Shown here: positions 13,890-25,699 of the stretch, piece by piece
Layout: each line of letters starts with the position of its first letter
Position numbering within the stretch: the first letter of the stretch is position 1
Assembly (NCBI GenBank): GCA_050273025.1
Contig: CP158636.1
Coordinates: 62,001-126,000 of the forward strand
DNA from: Cenococcum geophilum
Lineage: Eukaryota
Direction of reading: 5' to 3'
DNA length: 64,000 bases
Translations under genes and position numbers: made by a program
Notes under the pieces: generated by a model
The model's database searches: none
What the model was told of the DNA's origin: nothing
What the model saw: the letters and a program-made list of their open reading frames with translations, nothing else

Positions 13890-14407
13890 GGGTACTAGGT
13901 AGGATTTAGGCTAGATCTCCAAAGTTTAGGCCTAAAAAGCCTTATAAACGCTAGGATATTGCCTAGATCCCACCCTATAGGCCTATACCCCCTATAATCG
14001 ATATATTTAAAATAGACTATAACCTATTCGTACCGTGCGAGAGATAGATATCATGTGTCTATATATTACTTGGCCAAAAACCCTATAACTTAGGTATTCA
14101 ACTAGATATTTAATACGGTTAATAACATTATCGCTTATAACTGCACTTAATAGGTCGTTCTTTTTACCTACCTACCCCCCTTATAATGTACATTAGATTA
14201 GTTACTTGTAGTCCTGTTTAGGTCTAGCGGCGGGCTATCCTATTAGGGGCACCGGGTAGGATTTAGGCTAGATCTCTAAAGTTTAGGCCTAAAAAGCCTT
14301 ATAAACGCTAGGATATCACCTAAATCCCACCCTATAGGCCTATACCCCCTATAATTAATATATTTGAAATAGACTATAACCTATTCGTGCTGTGCAAGAG
14401 ATAAATA
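13890..14407 (+). repeat. Ngaro 3' repeats B1-A2-(spacer)-B2
   Basis: B1 13890-14050 matches B2 14247-14407 (161 bp); A2 14051-14166 matches A1. Confidence 0.9.
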
Positions 14408-14639
14408 GGTAGTAAGTTAGATTTTAAGGGCCGCTAAGGCGCTAGTGCTAAGCGAGCTAATAGCGATTTTCTATTCCGGGGATAGAAAATCGTAATTAGT
14501 TAATTTAACTACCCTATAAAATTTAGTAGGTTATATAAGTCTACTAAGTTCCACTATAGCTTTTTACTGTTTTCTACCTATACCGTATAATAAGTCATAC
14601 GGCCTTCTAATGGGCCGTAGACATACTATAAGTGCTCTA

Positions 14640-17600
14640 TTAGTCCCATTCTACCCATTTTATAACTTTTAGGTTAAGCTTATTTATATTAATTAGGGTT
14701 TTAAGGGCTTAATATAGCTTTGCCTTAGTTATGGCGTCTACTAGGTTGTCTCCGCTACTAATCTATTTAACCTCTATAATTTTATATCGTTTATAGGCCT
14801 AATATAAGCATATTAGGTCGACTATAAGCCTCTTCTCTTATATTATACCTAGTTTAACTAGGCAGTTATAAAGGGACTTTAAATTAGTGTATAAAACTAG
14901 GGGTAACTACTTTAGTTATAGAATCTTCTAGACCGTTAATTTAATTATAGCTGCTATATTAAATCTATAAGCTAGTATATATAGTTTAAAAGCTAGTACA
15001 CTATAAGTTACTTATTTGCACTTAATTAAAAACTAATACAGTATATTTACGTCCTAATTGCGGTCCGTAAGTATAATTATAAAGCTAATTTGTAATAATA
15101 GGTCTTTATTATTAGTAAAGGAGGCGTCCGTAAATGCTAGTAGGCTAAGGGAATTTAGGTCTAGTGGTATAAAAGTAAGTCCCCTTGCTGTATTATTAAT
15201 TTGCTACTAAATACGCTTATTAAGCTACTTAATATTTTCTTCTTATAGATCTACTACCTAGGCCATAAAGGATAAGTTATAGGCAGATTTGGGTTGGCAA
15301 ACTATGGCAATATAGGCACCTCTTGCACACTATACAGCGTATTAGTCCTTTATATTTATAGTCTTATAGGTCTCTCCGCGGGAACTAGTAAGGTCCGTAG
15401 GCTTTACTATAATAAGCTTTAGGTTTTAAGCTTAGCGTTCCTAAGTTAGCTTAATTAGGTTGCCCTTTTATATAATTAGGCCTCTATTAAACTTAATTAG
15501 ATTCTGCTTAGTTAACTACTCTTATAGCTTTACTAAGAACTTAGCCTTTTATAGTTTAGTTTCTTTAGCATCTATAAAGGTCTAGTCTGCTAGGAATAGG
15601 GTATTATCTATTTAAAGTCCAATAATACTAAGGCTGTTTAATAGGCTGTATAGGAGGCAGAGGTTGTAGGTTAACTATTCCATTTTAAGCTTACTAACGT
15701 AATATTAGTGGTATGTCTTAAACCAGTAGTTCCTAGCTTCTAGTACTCCGTAAAGAGGTTTTATAACCTATAAAATTATTCCTAGTTATAGGTTAAGCTT
15801 ATGGGGTAGTCGTATAAAGATGTCCCTACTTAGGTAGGTATTAGACTACACATAGGCTTATAAGATATCCCGTAAGTATAAGGCTACGGGTTTAGTTTGC
15901 TATAGTCCCGGCATAAGTATAAGTATAATTTATTAGCTAACTCGTTAAATTATAGGTAATTGCGTAAGAATTAAGTCCTTTCCCTTATTGTTATAAGCTT
16001 ATACAATAAGCCTTAATTTCTTAAAGGCTTTATTAGTATTAGGGTGCTTAATCTTATTAATAAAGCGTAAGTTAAATATACGGACGCCTTATAGGACGTC
16101 TTTCTCTATTATAACCGCAAAAACACCCTTTTTAAGTAGTTTGTTAATCTCTTTACGTTATAAGTCTATAAACGGGGTTTCCTATACTAGAACTAATATA
16201 TCTATAGGCAAAGATTGCCTTACGGATATTCCTGCGGAGGTTAGGTAATTTTCTATTATAGTATTTTTAGTTACGGGGTGCTTTTAGGGGCGTCCTTAAC
16301 CACGCTTTACAGTAGGTTTAGTAGGTTTAGTGGGTTTCTAGGGGACTTCTAGGGTAGGTAAGGGTGCTTTTAGTTTATCTAATTTGGCGGGTGCTTCCGG
16401 TTTATCTAGTTTAATAGGTACTTCTAGTTTATCTAGTTTAACGTTATAGGTGTTTTTAGGCCAAAAGTAGGGTTTTATAGACATGCTTTTAAAGCTAGTT
16501 AGCCTACTAGGAAGCTATACGCAGCACGTCTTATTTTCTATGGCTAGTAGACAATAAGGTCTATTCTAACTGCCGCTTTTATGCTATATAAGAACTTTAG
16601 AGTTAAGCGGGAGGTTATATACTAGGGTTATATTAGGTCTGTTACGGTAGTACAAGGCATTATTAATAGCTTACTTAGCCTATAGCTTAACTATTTCAGT
16701 TATTACCTTCCGTATTATAGCTACTTATTCTATAATAGACGGGGCAGGAGGGCCTAGGTTACTTATCCTTAGGTAGGCTCCGTAAACTAAAAGGGTAGGT
16801 ACTAGTCCGTCCGGGCCAGCGGTATTATTAATAGCTTTTACGGCCATCTATAGAGCTAGTTCCTTTTAGATGTCCTTATATTTATCCGTAATAATCTAGT
16901 AAGCTCTTTATAAGGCTAGGTAAGCTCGCTTAATAAACCTAATAGATTAATACACCTTAACTAGAACAGCTTTTGTTAATATAGCTATAGCTATAGTATA
17001 CTACTGGAATTCCTTACTAATAAAGTTCCTACTAGCGTCATGGGTAATATACTTAGGGGGTCTAACGTATGTATTAATCTAGCAGGTCTGTAAAATATCC
17101 TAAGTATATTTTATAGATATATTTTATAACTAACGGGTGGCTTAATAGTGGGTTACCTTATTAATTATGTATAATACTAGGCTGCCGTTAATATACATAA
17201 TATTTACATATACTAAGTAGTTAAAGTTAAGGTCCTTATAAAGGGTAAACTTAAATCGGCCTAGGAAACGTCCGTATTTCTAGCAAAAGGAGCAGTATTT
17301 AGTTAGGTAGTTAATTGCCTTCCTATTAACGTCGTCGTGTCTAGAGCATTTAAGGACTTTATATAGCTTTTCGGCTAACGGGTAGCTAAAATAGTGGTAT
17401 AGGCGGTAGATCTTAGTACTAGTAAGGTAGTATAGGTTATAGTTAAAAGATTCCTAAATATAGGTCTATAAAGTCTCTCCCTATATAAGAAACGGGTGTC
17501 TAAATTGTTATATAATTAGTAGGGTAATATGCTTACTTCCTAGGGCAGTTATAGGGCCGATTAAGGCGTCTGTAACATTATTATAGTATACCTATAACCT

Positions 17601-19652
17601 ATCCATGTCTATAAGATAGAGTAGAAAGGGGGTGTCTACTTTTACTACGTGGAAGTTAACTAGGCTAATTAGAGTCTTAACTTTAACTAATTTAATTAAT
17701 GCGGTTAAGCTAATGCCGAATTAAATATTTACGGCCCTAGTTTGCGTAATATTAATATCTATATTATTATTTATAGTGGTCCTATATACAAGGTATTATC
17801 CATAACCTATAGTAAACTTCTTAAAGGCACCTATATTAATTATAACGCCGTAGAATTCTTTAGGGGTATAGCGTTTTATAGTAATATATATAAATAGGTC
17901 CTACTTATAATCTATAATATCCGTAATAGGGGTACTTATAAAATGGTTTTTAGGTATAACTAAGTATATAAAGGAACAGTTGGCTAATATGGTTATAATA
18001 TTAAAGGCTTAGCTGTCCGTAAAAGGTCTAAAAGTAGTTAGGAATATCTCTAAGGTCTCTTATTTTTAAGCATCTAAGTTAAAGTTAATTATAAGGGCTT
18101 CTATTAACTCATTAGGGGGCTTTTTTACTTCCTTTTCTTTATATTCTAAAATAAACTAGTTAATATAGCTATTAAGTCTCTTCCTAAACTTATTATATTC
18201 TTCCTAGGTATACCTTATAGACCAATATCCTTCCTTACCATATACAAAGCACTTCTAGCTAGTTTATCTATGGGGGTATATTTTTATACAAGGGTTACTA
18301 CAGAGGTTATAGGTGGGACTTAGTCGGTATAAGTACTACTAGCGGTAGCAGCGGTCCGTAAAGTAGACGTCTAAGTCTATTTACAGATATTAAATATCTA
18401 TAACAAAGGCTTAAGTACTGCCTAGTGGGTTTAAGACTTTATACGTTATAATAGAGAAGCGTAGGTTATTAATAAGGCCAGCTAAGGTATCTATAGGCTT
18501 ATAGTAGGCGTACTTACAGGGCTCTACTTCCTAGTAGGCTGTAATAAGTTTATTATATAGGAAGTCGTCTATTCAAAGCTTAGTATTAAGGCCGTGCTAT
18601 AGGTGCCGAAGGTCTTTAATAAGAATTTACAGGCACTCTATAGTCGATTTTTTAGTATTCTTATCAATTATGGTCCGTAGCTTAGTCGCATTCTATTAGG
18701 TAAGAATATTACGCTTATATTCCGGTCCTTTAAAGTAATTATATATAGCTTCGCATAGCTTATTAAAGGGAACACTAAGGGGGTTGCTCTTAAGGTTAGT
18801 ATAATAGTAGTTAAGTGCTAGGCCGCGTAGTATAGTGGAGTAAGCTTAGCTAAATTCCTATTTAGGAATATTAGCCTTCCGACAAAGGTCCGTAAAGATA
18901 GTAAGTTTAAAGTTAAAGTTATCATTTTTACCGCTATACTTAGATTCGTCGGTATAGAGCTTAGCTAGGTTAGCTAGCTCCTTACCATAGGTCTTTACTT
19001 AAATAGGTTACAGATCTATAACTTGCAGATCTATAGCTTACGGATATATAGCTTACGGATCTATAACTTAAATAACAGGGGTAATTTGGTCCGTATTTTA
19101 GTTTATAGGGGTATTATAGTCCGTAATTTGGGTTACGGGGGTATTATGGTCCGTAACTTAAGTATTAGGTATACTTTAGCCAGTAAGATTAATTCTAATA
19201 CTACTTAGGTTTATAGAACGAATTTAGTTAAATAGGTTAGCTATAAGGCCAGAGATTCTGTTAAGTTTAAAGGAGGCAAAGAGGTTACTAGTTTTAATGT
19301 AATCTAAAATCTACTCTTTAGTCCATTCCGTTTAGTCCTCCTTATATAGTGTATTATATAGAGACCGTGCAACAGTAACTCATCTGTCCCTTTTAACCTA
19401 TACGCCTTAGTAATATAAAAGGGTTTATAGGTTACGGATAGCAGTAGGGTTGCAAGCCTTAAAAATAGCTTCTGTAAAGTCCGCAAAGTCTTCCTTATAT
19501 TACTCCCACAGGTTATTATTTATAAGCTTAAAGTATCTATATTTAAGGATTTTAAAGCTAATGTAGTCGTTAACGTTGTTTATAGACATAACATCAACGC
19601 CTTATTTCCACTTCTTTTAACCTTCACTAACTTGCTTGCTAATATCTGCCAT
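14640..19652 (-). pseudogene. Copia gag-pol polyprotein, RIP-inactivated
   Basis: ATG 19652; CFV(C)GKEG(C)WS knuckle ~18220-18255; protease (D)(T)GA ~17830; L(H)(RR)F(GH)P ~17380-17405; RT RDI(S)(Q)AY ~15850, KPLYG ~15750, L(Q)(T)D(D)T ~15605; RNaseH FTDASF ~15120. Confidence 0.92.
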
Positions 19653-20336
19653 ATTATAGTATCCCTTAACCTATCAGGGCGAGTAGAGGGAAAGGCCTAT
19701 ACGCAAACACTAAAATTAGAACAACGCGTAGAATTCAACCGTTAAATACACCACCACTATACCTTCTAATCACGCTAGAATTAATATAGATCTTGTTTAG
19801 AAGACTTAATATAAGATTCCCCTAAATAAGACGGCGAAAAAACCCTCCCTAAAGCCTTGGCTACTTCCCAAATTTTATATTCCTAAGTATGGCTACCAAA
19901 TCCTACTAATCTAATTGGTGGACTCTTATTAATAACCTACGTGCCCAAATTAACGGGTTAAGGGATAGTATAGTACGTAGCGGGTGGTAGCAGCTTATAA
20001 CGGGTGGGGGAGGTCTTATAATGGTCCGTAAAATTAATTAACAGGTCCATAATAGTTCGCAGGAGGGTAAAGGGTTTCCGTAAAAGGTCCAAAGAGGTTT
20101 AAGGTTTAAGGGGGTTAAGAATAGGGGTTCCGTATAGGTCTATATTCACGTCTATAACTTCCAGTAAACCGTACTAAGACTTAAATAAGTATATAGAGTT
20201 AGAGATAAGTCCGTAATCCCCAACTTCCGACCTTCTAGTAGGTCGTACTAGGAGTCTAAACAGGTAGTCACTGTCGTGTGTATCGCTCGGGGGGAGGTAT
20301 TAAGTGATTGCTAATCTATACGCGCTCACTAATTAG

Positions 20337-20604
20337 TGTTCGTACTAACTTAATAGCACAAGTAAGTCGTATCCACGGGTACGAAATACATGTAGTATCG
20401 TATGCTTATTTGGATGGTGACTGTCAATTATATAAAGCAGACTACGTAGTCTATATACTAATGCACCTCCCCCCTAATTAGTTAGTGCTTTATAAGTGCA
20501 CCAGACGCATAAGTAAGTGGTTAGTGCACTAAACGCGTAAACGCGTACCTAGTGTACCGAACGCGTAAGCACGCGTTTGGTATAACAGGTGCTGTAATTA
20601 TATA
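20337..20604 (-). repeat. Copia 5' LTR
   Basis: Direct repeat of 2688-2955; contains four ACGCGT motifs at 20533-20576. Confidence 0.92.
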
Positions 20605-20609
20605 ATATC

Positions 20610-22730
20610 CTAAACCTAGGGTCCTATAATATAATCCTTAGATAAAAATAGATATCCTATTTTAATATTTGGCTAAATATATAATAAAGACAGTTTATCT
20701 AGCCGGAGGATAGACTAAAGTTGCCCTCTTTTATTAGGGAAATCCGAACTAACCATAAGATACTAGCTATAAGGGCTAACTCTACCTACTAATAGGATAT
20801 CTAAGCCTATAACCTAGCCTTTACTTAAGAAGACGCCCGCCGTAAAGTTAGAAAGAACTCTATACTAATAAAGATACTTTCCTAAAGCGCTATATTTAAA
20901 AAAGACTCTATATATAAAAGTAGAATAGATAGTAATATAAATAACGTCTAAATTATATAAATCTAACCGGTTTAGAAAAGAACGTATTAATAGGATATAA
21001 AGGAGAACCTCTAAAAAATATAATAGGAGCTAAAAGGAGTAATAATAATACTAATACCCTAGAAGTCCCTAAAGTTATATACGCCCCTATTATGATATAA
21101 CCCCCCTACTATAGACATTACCGTAATTAGCGCTATAGCGTTTTACTTTAATATATACTAAAAGGAAAATAACGTCTTTATAATAAGCCTATATAAGATT
21201 AACCAAATTATTAATAATAGGGAGAAAGAGCTAGCTAAGGAAACTAATAAGGAATTAGTTAAACGCCTTTTTTCTACTATTTATACTAATTATAAGGATA
21301 TATTTTTAAGGGCGGCTTTAGATAAGTTACCCCCTTACTAGATATATAATTATAAGATTTAATTAAAAGCTAATAACTCGCTAGGTTATAGCCCCTTCTA
21401 CTAATAATTAATAAATAAGCTAAAAGTAATAAAGTAGTACTTAATTAATAACCTAGATAAAGGGTTTATTAAGCTAAGTTAAGCCCCTTTTACTTCTTTT
21501 ATCCTATTTATAAAAAAAAGCCTAATAGAGGCCTTTGCTTTTATATTAACTATTAAAAGCTAAACACTATTACTTAAAAGGATTAATATTCTATTCCTTT
21601 AATTAATAAAACCCTTATATATCTAAGCCGGGTAAAGATCTTTACTAAACTTAATATCCGTTAAGCTTTTTACTAAATTAGAATAAACCCTATATCTAAA
21701 GATTTAACAATATTTTATACCTATTATAGTTCCTATAAATATAAAGTTTTTACTTTTAGACTAATAAACGGACTAGCTATATACTAAAGGTATATAAATA
21801 ACGTTCTTTTTAATTACCTAGACGAATTCTGCATAGTATACTTAAACGACATTCTTATATACTTAAATAATAAACTTAAATAATAAGTTTATATTAAGAA
21901 GGTCCTAGAGAGATTACAAAACATAGGCTTATAAGTTAATATTAAGAAATATAAGTTTAGAGTAAAACGTATAAAGTACCTTAGGTTTATTATAACTATA
22001 AAAGGAGTTAAGGTTAACCCTAAAAAGGTAAAGGTAATTTACTACTAGAAGCCCCCTTATATAGTAAAAGAAATCTAGTCCTTTCTTAAGTTTTATAATT
22101 TTTATTACCGGTTTATCTATAACTATAGAGTTATAGTAAGGCCTCTTATATAACTTACTTAGAAAGACACACCTTTTATCTTTAATAATAACTATATAGA
22201 AGCCTTTAAAGAGTTAAAAAATCGGCTTATTTCTTCTTTAATCCTTTATTACTATAGCCTAGACCTTAAGTTAATACTAAAAACGGACGCTTCTAATAAA
22301 GTTATAGTAGGAATTCTATTATAGTTATATCTAGATAGTAAATAGTACCCTATTACCTTCTTCTTAAAAATAATAGATTTAGCTAAGTGTAACTATAAAA
22401 TATATAATAAAGAAATACTAGCTATTATTTAATTACTATTTTAATAGTATATAGAGCTTAAAAGTATAAACTTCCGGATTAAGATATATATAGATTATAA
22501 AGCCCTAAAGTACTTTATAACTATAAAGTAGCTTACTAAATAATAAGCTTTAGGCTAAAATACTCTTCTAATTCTTCTTTACAACTATATATTATTTTAG
22601 TAAATAAAACTTTAAGGCTAATATATTAACCTAAAGGGAATAAGATATAAAACCCTAGGATAAGCTAAAAGCCTAATACTAGACGCGCGCCCTTTTTTAC
22701 CCTAAATAGCTTAACCTATAGATCCTTAAC
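20610..22730 (+). pseudogene. Continuation of Gypsy B1 pol (PR end, RT, RNase H)
   Basis: Colinear with 5276-~7395; YL(D)DIL at ~21839-21856. Confidence 0.88.
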
Positions 22731-23270
22731 AAATAGGAAATTAAAGAAATACTAGCCTATAAACTAGTAAGGAAAACGTTAAAGTACCGCGTTAGTTAGA
22801 AAGGCTATAACCCAAATCCTAATTAGTACCCTACATAGAACTTTATTAGCAGTCCCTATAAGCTTTAAAAGTTCTATAGCCGTTACCCTAGTAAACTAGG
22901 ACCCCTAAAGTACCTAGACGAGTAGATTAAATACTAGTATAGTAAAGATAATAGGCTACCGGAAGAACATAAAGATAAAAACGCCCTATAGGCATAATAC
23001 GGATATATAAAGCCTAAGGGTAGGCTTTTACGGAGGGGGGGTAATATTACGGCGCTAGTGGAAAACGGTAGATTATAGTAGATGTGGATTATAGTGGACG
23101 TAGTTATATAAGCTTACGTAACTTAAAGATCGCATAAAATATTAAATAGCGCTACTATTCTTCTTCTTTCCTTTCTCTAGCTTTAGATTCTTGTTTATAA
23201 ACAATCTAATTATATAGGCTTACGCGACCCCCTTACCGTACTTATATCTCAATTAACTAAGTTATTAATA
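22731..23270 (+). mobile_element. 3' end of Gypsy family A: chromodomain, PPT and 3' LTR (23045-23270)
   Basis: (EW)EI(E)EILA(C)K chromodomain, diverged from that of B2; PPT ggaggggggg 23032-23041; LTR matches solo LTR 30426-30672, not LTR 452-713. Confidence 0.8.
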
Positions 23271-23520
23271 TTTATTATATATATTACAAATCCATTATCG
23301 CTTATTCCCTAGGGATTTTAAGCGGCGTAAATATTCTTTTAATGCCTCTACTCTGTAATTACCCGCTATAAGCTCCACCTTCTCTCCAATTATTATATCC
23401 TAGCCTTTAAATAATAGATATTCGGATTTATCTCCTAGCGCATCAACGCTCCCTAAATTGGCATTATATGCCCGCCCGCGGTTAATATAGTCTAGCATCT
23501 TCTATACTTGGGCTTTAGAA

Positions 23521-23820
23521 GCTCTAAAAGGTCGTATTATTTAATTTTAGCGTGTTTATTATGCCGAAATCGGACTAAAGCTCTAAAAGGTAGTGTTATT
23601 TAATTTCGGCGTGTTTAGCATACCGAAATCAGACTAAAGCTCTGGAAGGTTGTATTATTTAATTTTAGCGTATTTATTATGCCGAAATCAGATTAAAGCT
23701 CTAAAAGGTCGTGTTATTTAATTTCGGCGTGTTTAGTATACTAAAATTAGATTAAAGTTTTAAAAGGTTATGTTATTTAATTTCGGCGTATTTATTATAC
23801 CGAAATTAAACTAAAGCCCT
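23521..23820. repeat. 59-bp tandem array x5, each unit holding a TTTCGGCGTG-N5-CATGCCGAAA palindrome
   Basis: Unit starts 23521, 23580, 23639, 23698, 23757; a sixth unit begins at 23816 and is cut by a solo LTR. Confidence 0.95.
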
Positions 23821-23825
23821 TATAG

Positions 23826-24076
23826 TATAACGGCTTACACAAATGCCTTTAAACTAAAGCTTATAGATTGCTATCTAATAAATATACTAAGCTAAGGAGA
23901 GGGAAGGGGGTTCGCTAGGGCTGGTGTAAATAAATAAGTAGCGCAAGCCGTTAAGGCGCTAGTAGTAGGCGAGCTAATAGTAGAAAACAGTACTAGACAG
24001 TATTAATACGACAGGTAGCAGAATATAGCAGAACTTGGGCAGAATTTAGTAGGTAACGCGCTCTAGCACCATTATA
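23826..24076 (-). mobile_element. Solo LTR, Gypsy B1 type
   Basis: Reverse complement of 452-713 (slightly shorter); TSD TATAG 23821-23825 and 24077-24081. Confidence 0.92.
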
Positions 24077-24662
24077 TATAGGCTACTTTTAGTTTATTAT
24101 ATTTCGTCTAACTTATATCCGTAATTTGTTATACATTAAGATTAGCGGCTAAGATATCCCTAATCTATACTTAATATAGGAAAGCTAAATCGATATAGAT
24201 AGTTACGATCGTTTAACAGTAATATCTATAGCAGTAAAAATACTACTCTTTACTATATTAGGTTAAGTAGTAATAGGCCACTCGTAATTAATACCCTAAG
24301 TCTTTTTAAAGGACACCCTATTCCTTAAATATTTTATAAAGCCTTCGCTTATAAGCGTTATTAATAAGCCTATTTACGCTAACGGTCTATACTAGCATAA
24401 GAGAATTAATTGGGAACTTTGCTGTTACTAGTTAATATAGCCTAGCCTAGTTATATATTAAATCCACCTCCTTTAGGTAGAAAGCTTTTAACCTAGGCCC
24501 TAAAGCCGCTGCTTCTTATCCGTTATATTAGGGGTAGGTAGGTTTCGGCGCTTTATATTAGTAATATCTAGCTTTAGGAATTGTAAATAAGTTGGCTATA
24601 AAGTAGAAAAGTAAAGGGTTCTATTTATTAAATAGGAGGCATAGTAGGGAGGTTGCTTATTA

Positions 24663-24950
24663 AGCTGTAAAACGGTTACCCCTAGGGGCAGTTATCTTAC
24701 AGCTTTTATAACTATCTTATAGCTCTTGCACCTAGAGGTAACTCTTTTACAGCTCTTACACCTAGGGGTAACCGTCTTATAGCTTTTGCACCTAGGGGCA
24801 GCTACCTCGCAGCCCTTATACTTAGGGGTAACTCTTATACCTAAGGGCAGTTGTCTTACAGCTCTTATATCTAGGTATAAGAGTTATAAGTTAGTTACCC
24901 TAGGTATAAGGGCTATAAGGTAGTATAAGAGCTACAAGACGGCTGTAAGT
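24663..24950. repeat. ~30-bp unit array with inverted units at both ends (hairpin-forming)
   Basis: Units like cagctcttgcacctaggggcagctgtctta; dyad centres at CCTAGG 24681-24686 and CTAG 24871-24874. Confidence 0.85.
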
Positions 24951-25699
24951 CTTTGTTTATAGTAACTAAAATATATTTTTTACCCCTAGGGCCAATATAA
25001 CCCTACCTTAGTTATACTGTTTAGACCTAAGTATTCTATTTTATTAACGACTCGCGATTTAGTTTCGGCATATTAACATACTAAACCCTTTTTATTTTTT
25101 TACTAATACTACCTTAATTCCCTATAGGGAGCAATTAATACAAGGTTTATAGCCTAATAGTAACTACAGTGCTCTTACTAATATTTAATATTAGTTGGCG
25201 CTGTCGCATACCTATAAGATAGGTATATTGGTACCGATAAATAAGGCGGGAAATAAGCGTAGAAGAAAGGTTTGCGTCTCTTAAGGCGTTACACCTAAGG
25301 CTAAAATTGATACAACTATAGCAGCAAGGTAGTTAAAGCTGGTGTTAATATAGAGATATAAAATCGCGTAGTAGAATCTAAGCTGTCGACTTAAGCTTTG
25401 GCTGCGCGCTTATTGGAACACCATAAATAGCAACGTATACTTCGTAAGTATTTTTAAAAGGCTTTCTAAAAGCTTAAGTTGTAATTTATATTAAGTACAC
25501 TAAATAGGTATATAGGAAATAAGATTTAATTAATAAATATAGTAATGTATACAACCTGCTTCCTTTTCCTAAGTAACTAAAATGGCCCTTATATATAGCT
25601 AGAGGCATTTACTATAATTAATTAGTAGTAATTAAGTGAGATTAGATACGCGTACTAAATTAAAAATTTTATAGCGCTTGCTAAAGGGGGGGTAGAAGT

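Larger units (their letters stand above)
3148..14407 (+). mobile_element. Ngaro-type (DIRS order) tyrosine-recombinase retrotransposon, interrupted by Gypsy B2
   Basis: Split direct repeats A1(3148-3263) ... B1(13890-14050)-A2(14051-14166) ... B2(14247-14407); RT/RNaseH then YR coding remnants. Confidence 0.9.
2688..20604 (-). mobile_element. Ty1/Copia LTR retrotransposon, full length, carrying nested Ngaro and Gypsy B2
   Basis: 268-bp direct LTRs 2688-2955 and 20337-20604; 5-bp TSD ATATC at 2683-2687 and 20605-20609 (ACATC in the uninterrupted copy at 5271-5275); gag-PR-IN-RT-RH order on the minus strand. Confidence 0.92.
452..22730 (+). mobile_element. Gypsy/chromovirus LTR retrotransposon copy B1, interrupted by a MITE and a Copia, 3'-truncated (no integrase, no own 3' LTR)
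   Basis: 5' LTR 452-713; internal sequence 714-2687 and 20610-22730 is colinear with the complete copy at 3547-~7395. Confidence 0.88.

Noticed and set aside
23045..23270. 3' LTR partner of LTR 452-713
   Set aside because: Sequence differs beyond the first ~14 nt; it matches the family A solo LTR at 30426 instead
23521..23820. CRISPR-like array
   Set aside because: Sequence between palindromes is itself repeated (no unique spacers), no cas genes, eukaryotic context
24543..24552. Isolated half-sites (24543, 46628, 51689, ~27424)
   Set aside because: No matching second arm; not counted as copies
25063..25086. Palindrome as a canonical Gal4 site or as the TIRs of a MITE
   Set aside because: Spacing is CGG-N12-CCG with conserved inner CATG arms (Gal4 is N11); no consistent TSD or shared internal sequence between sites
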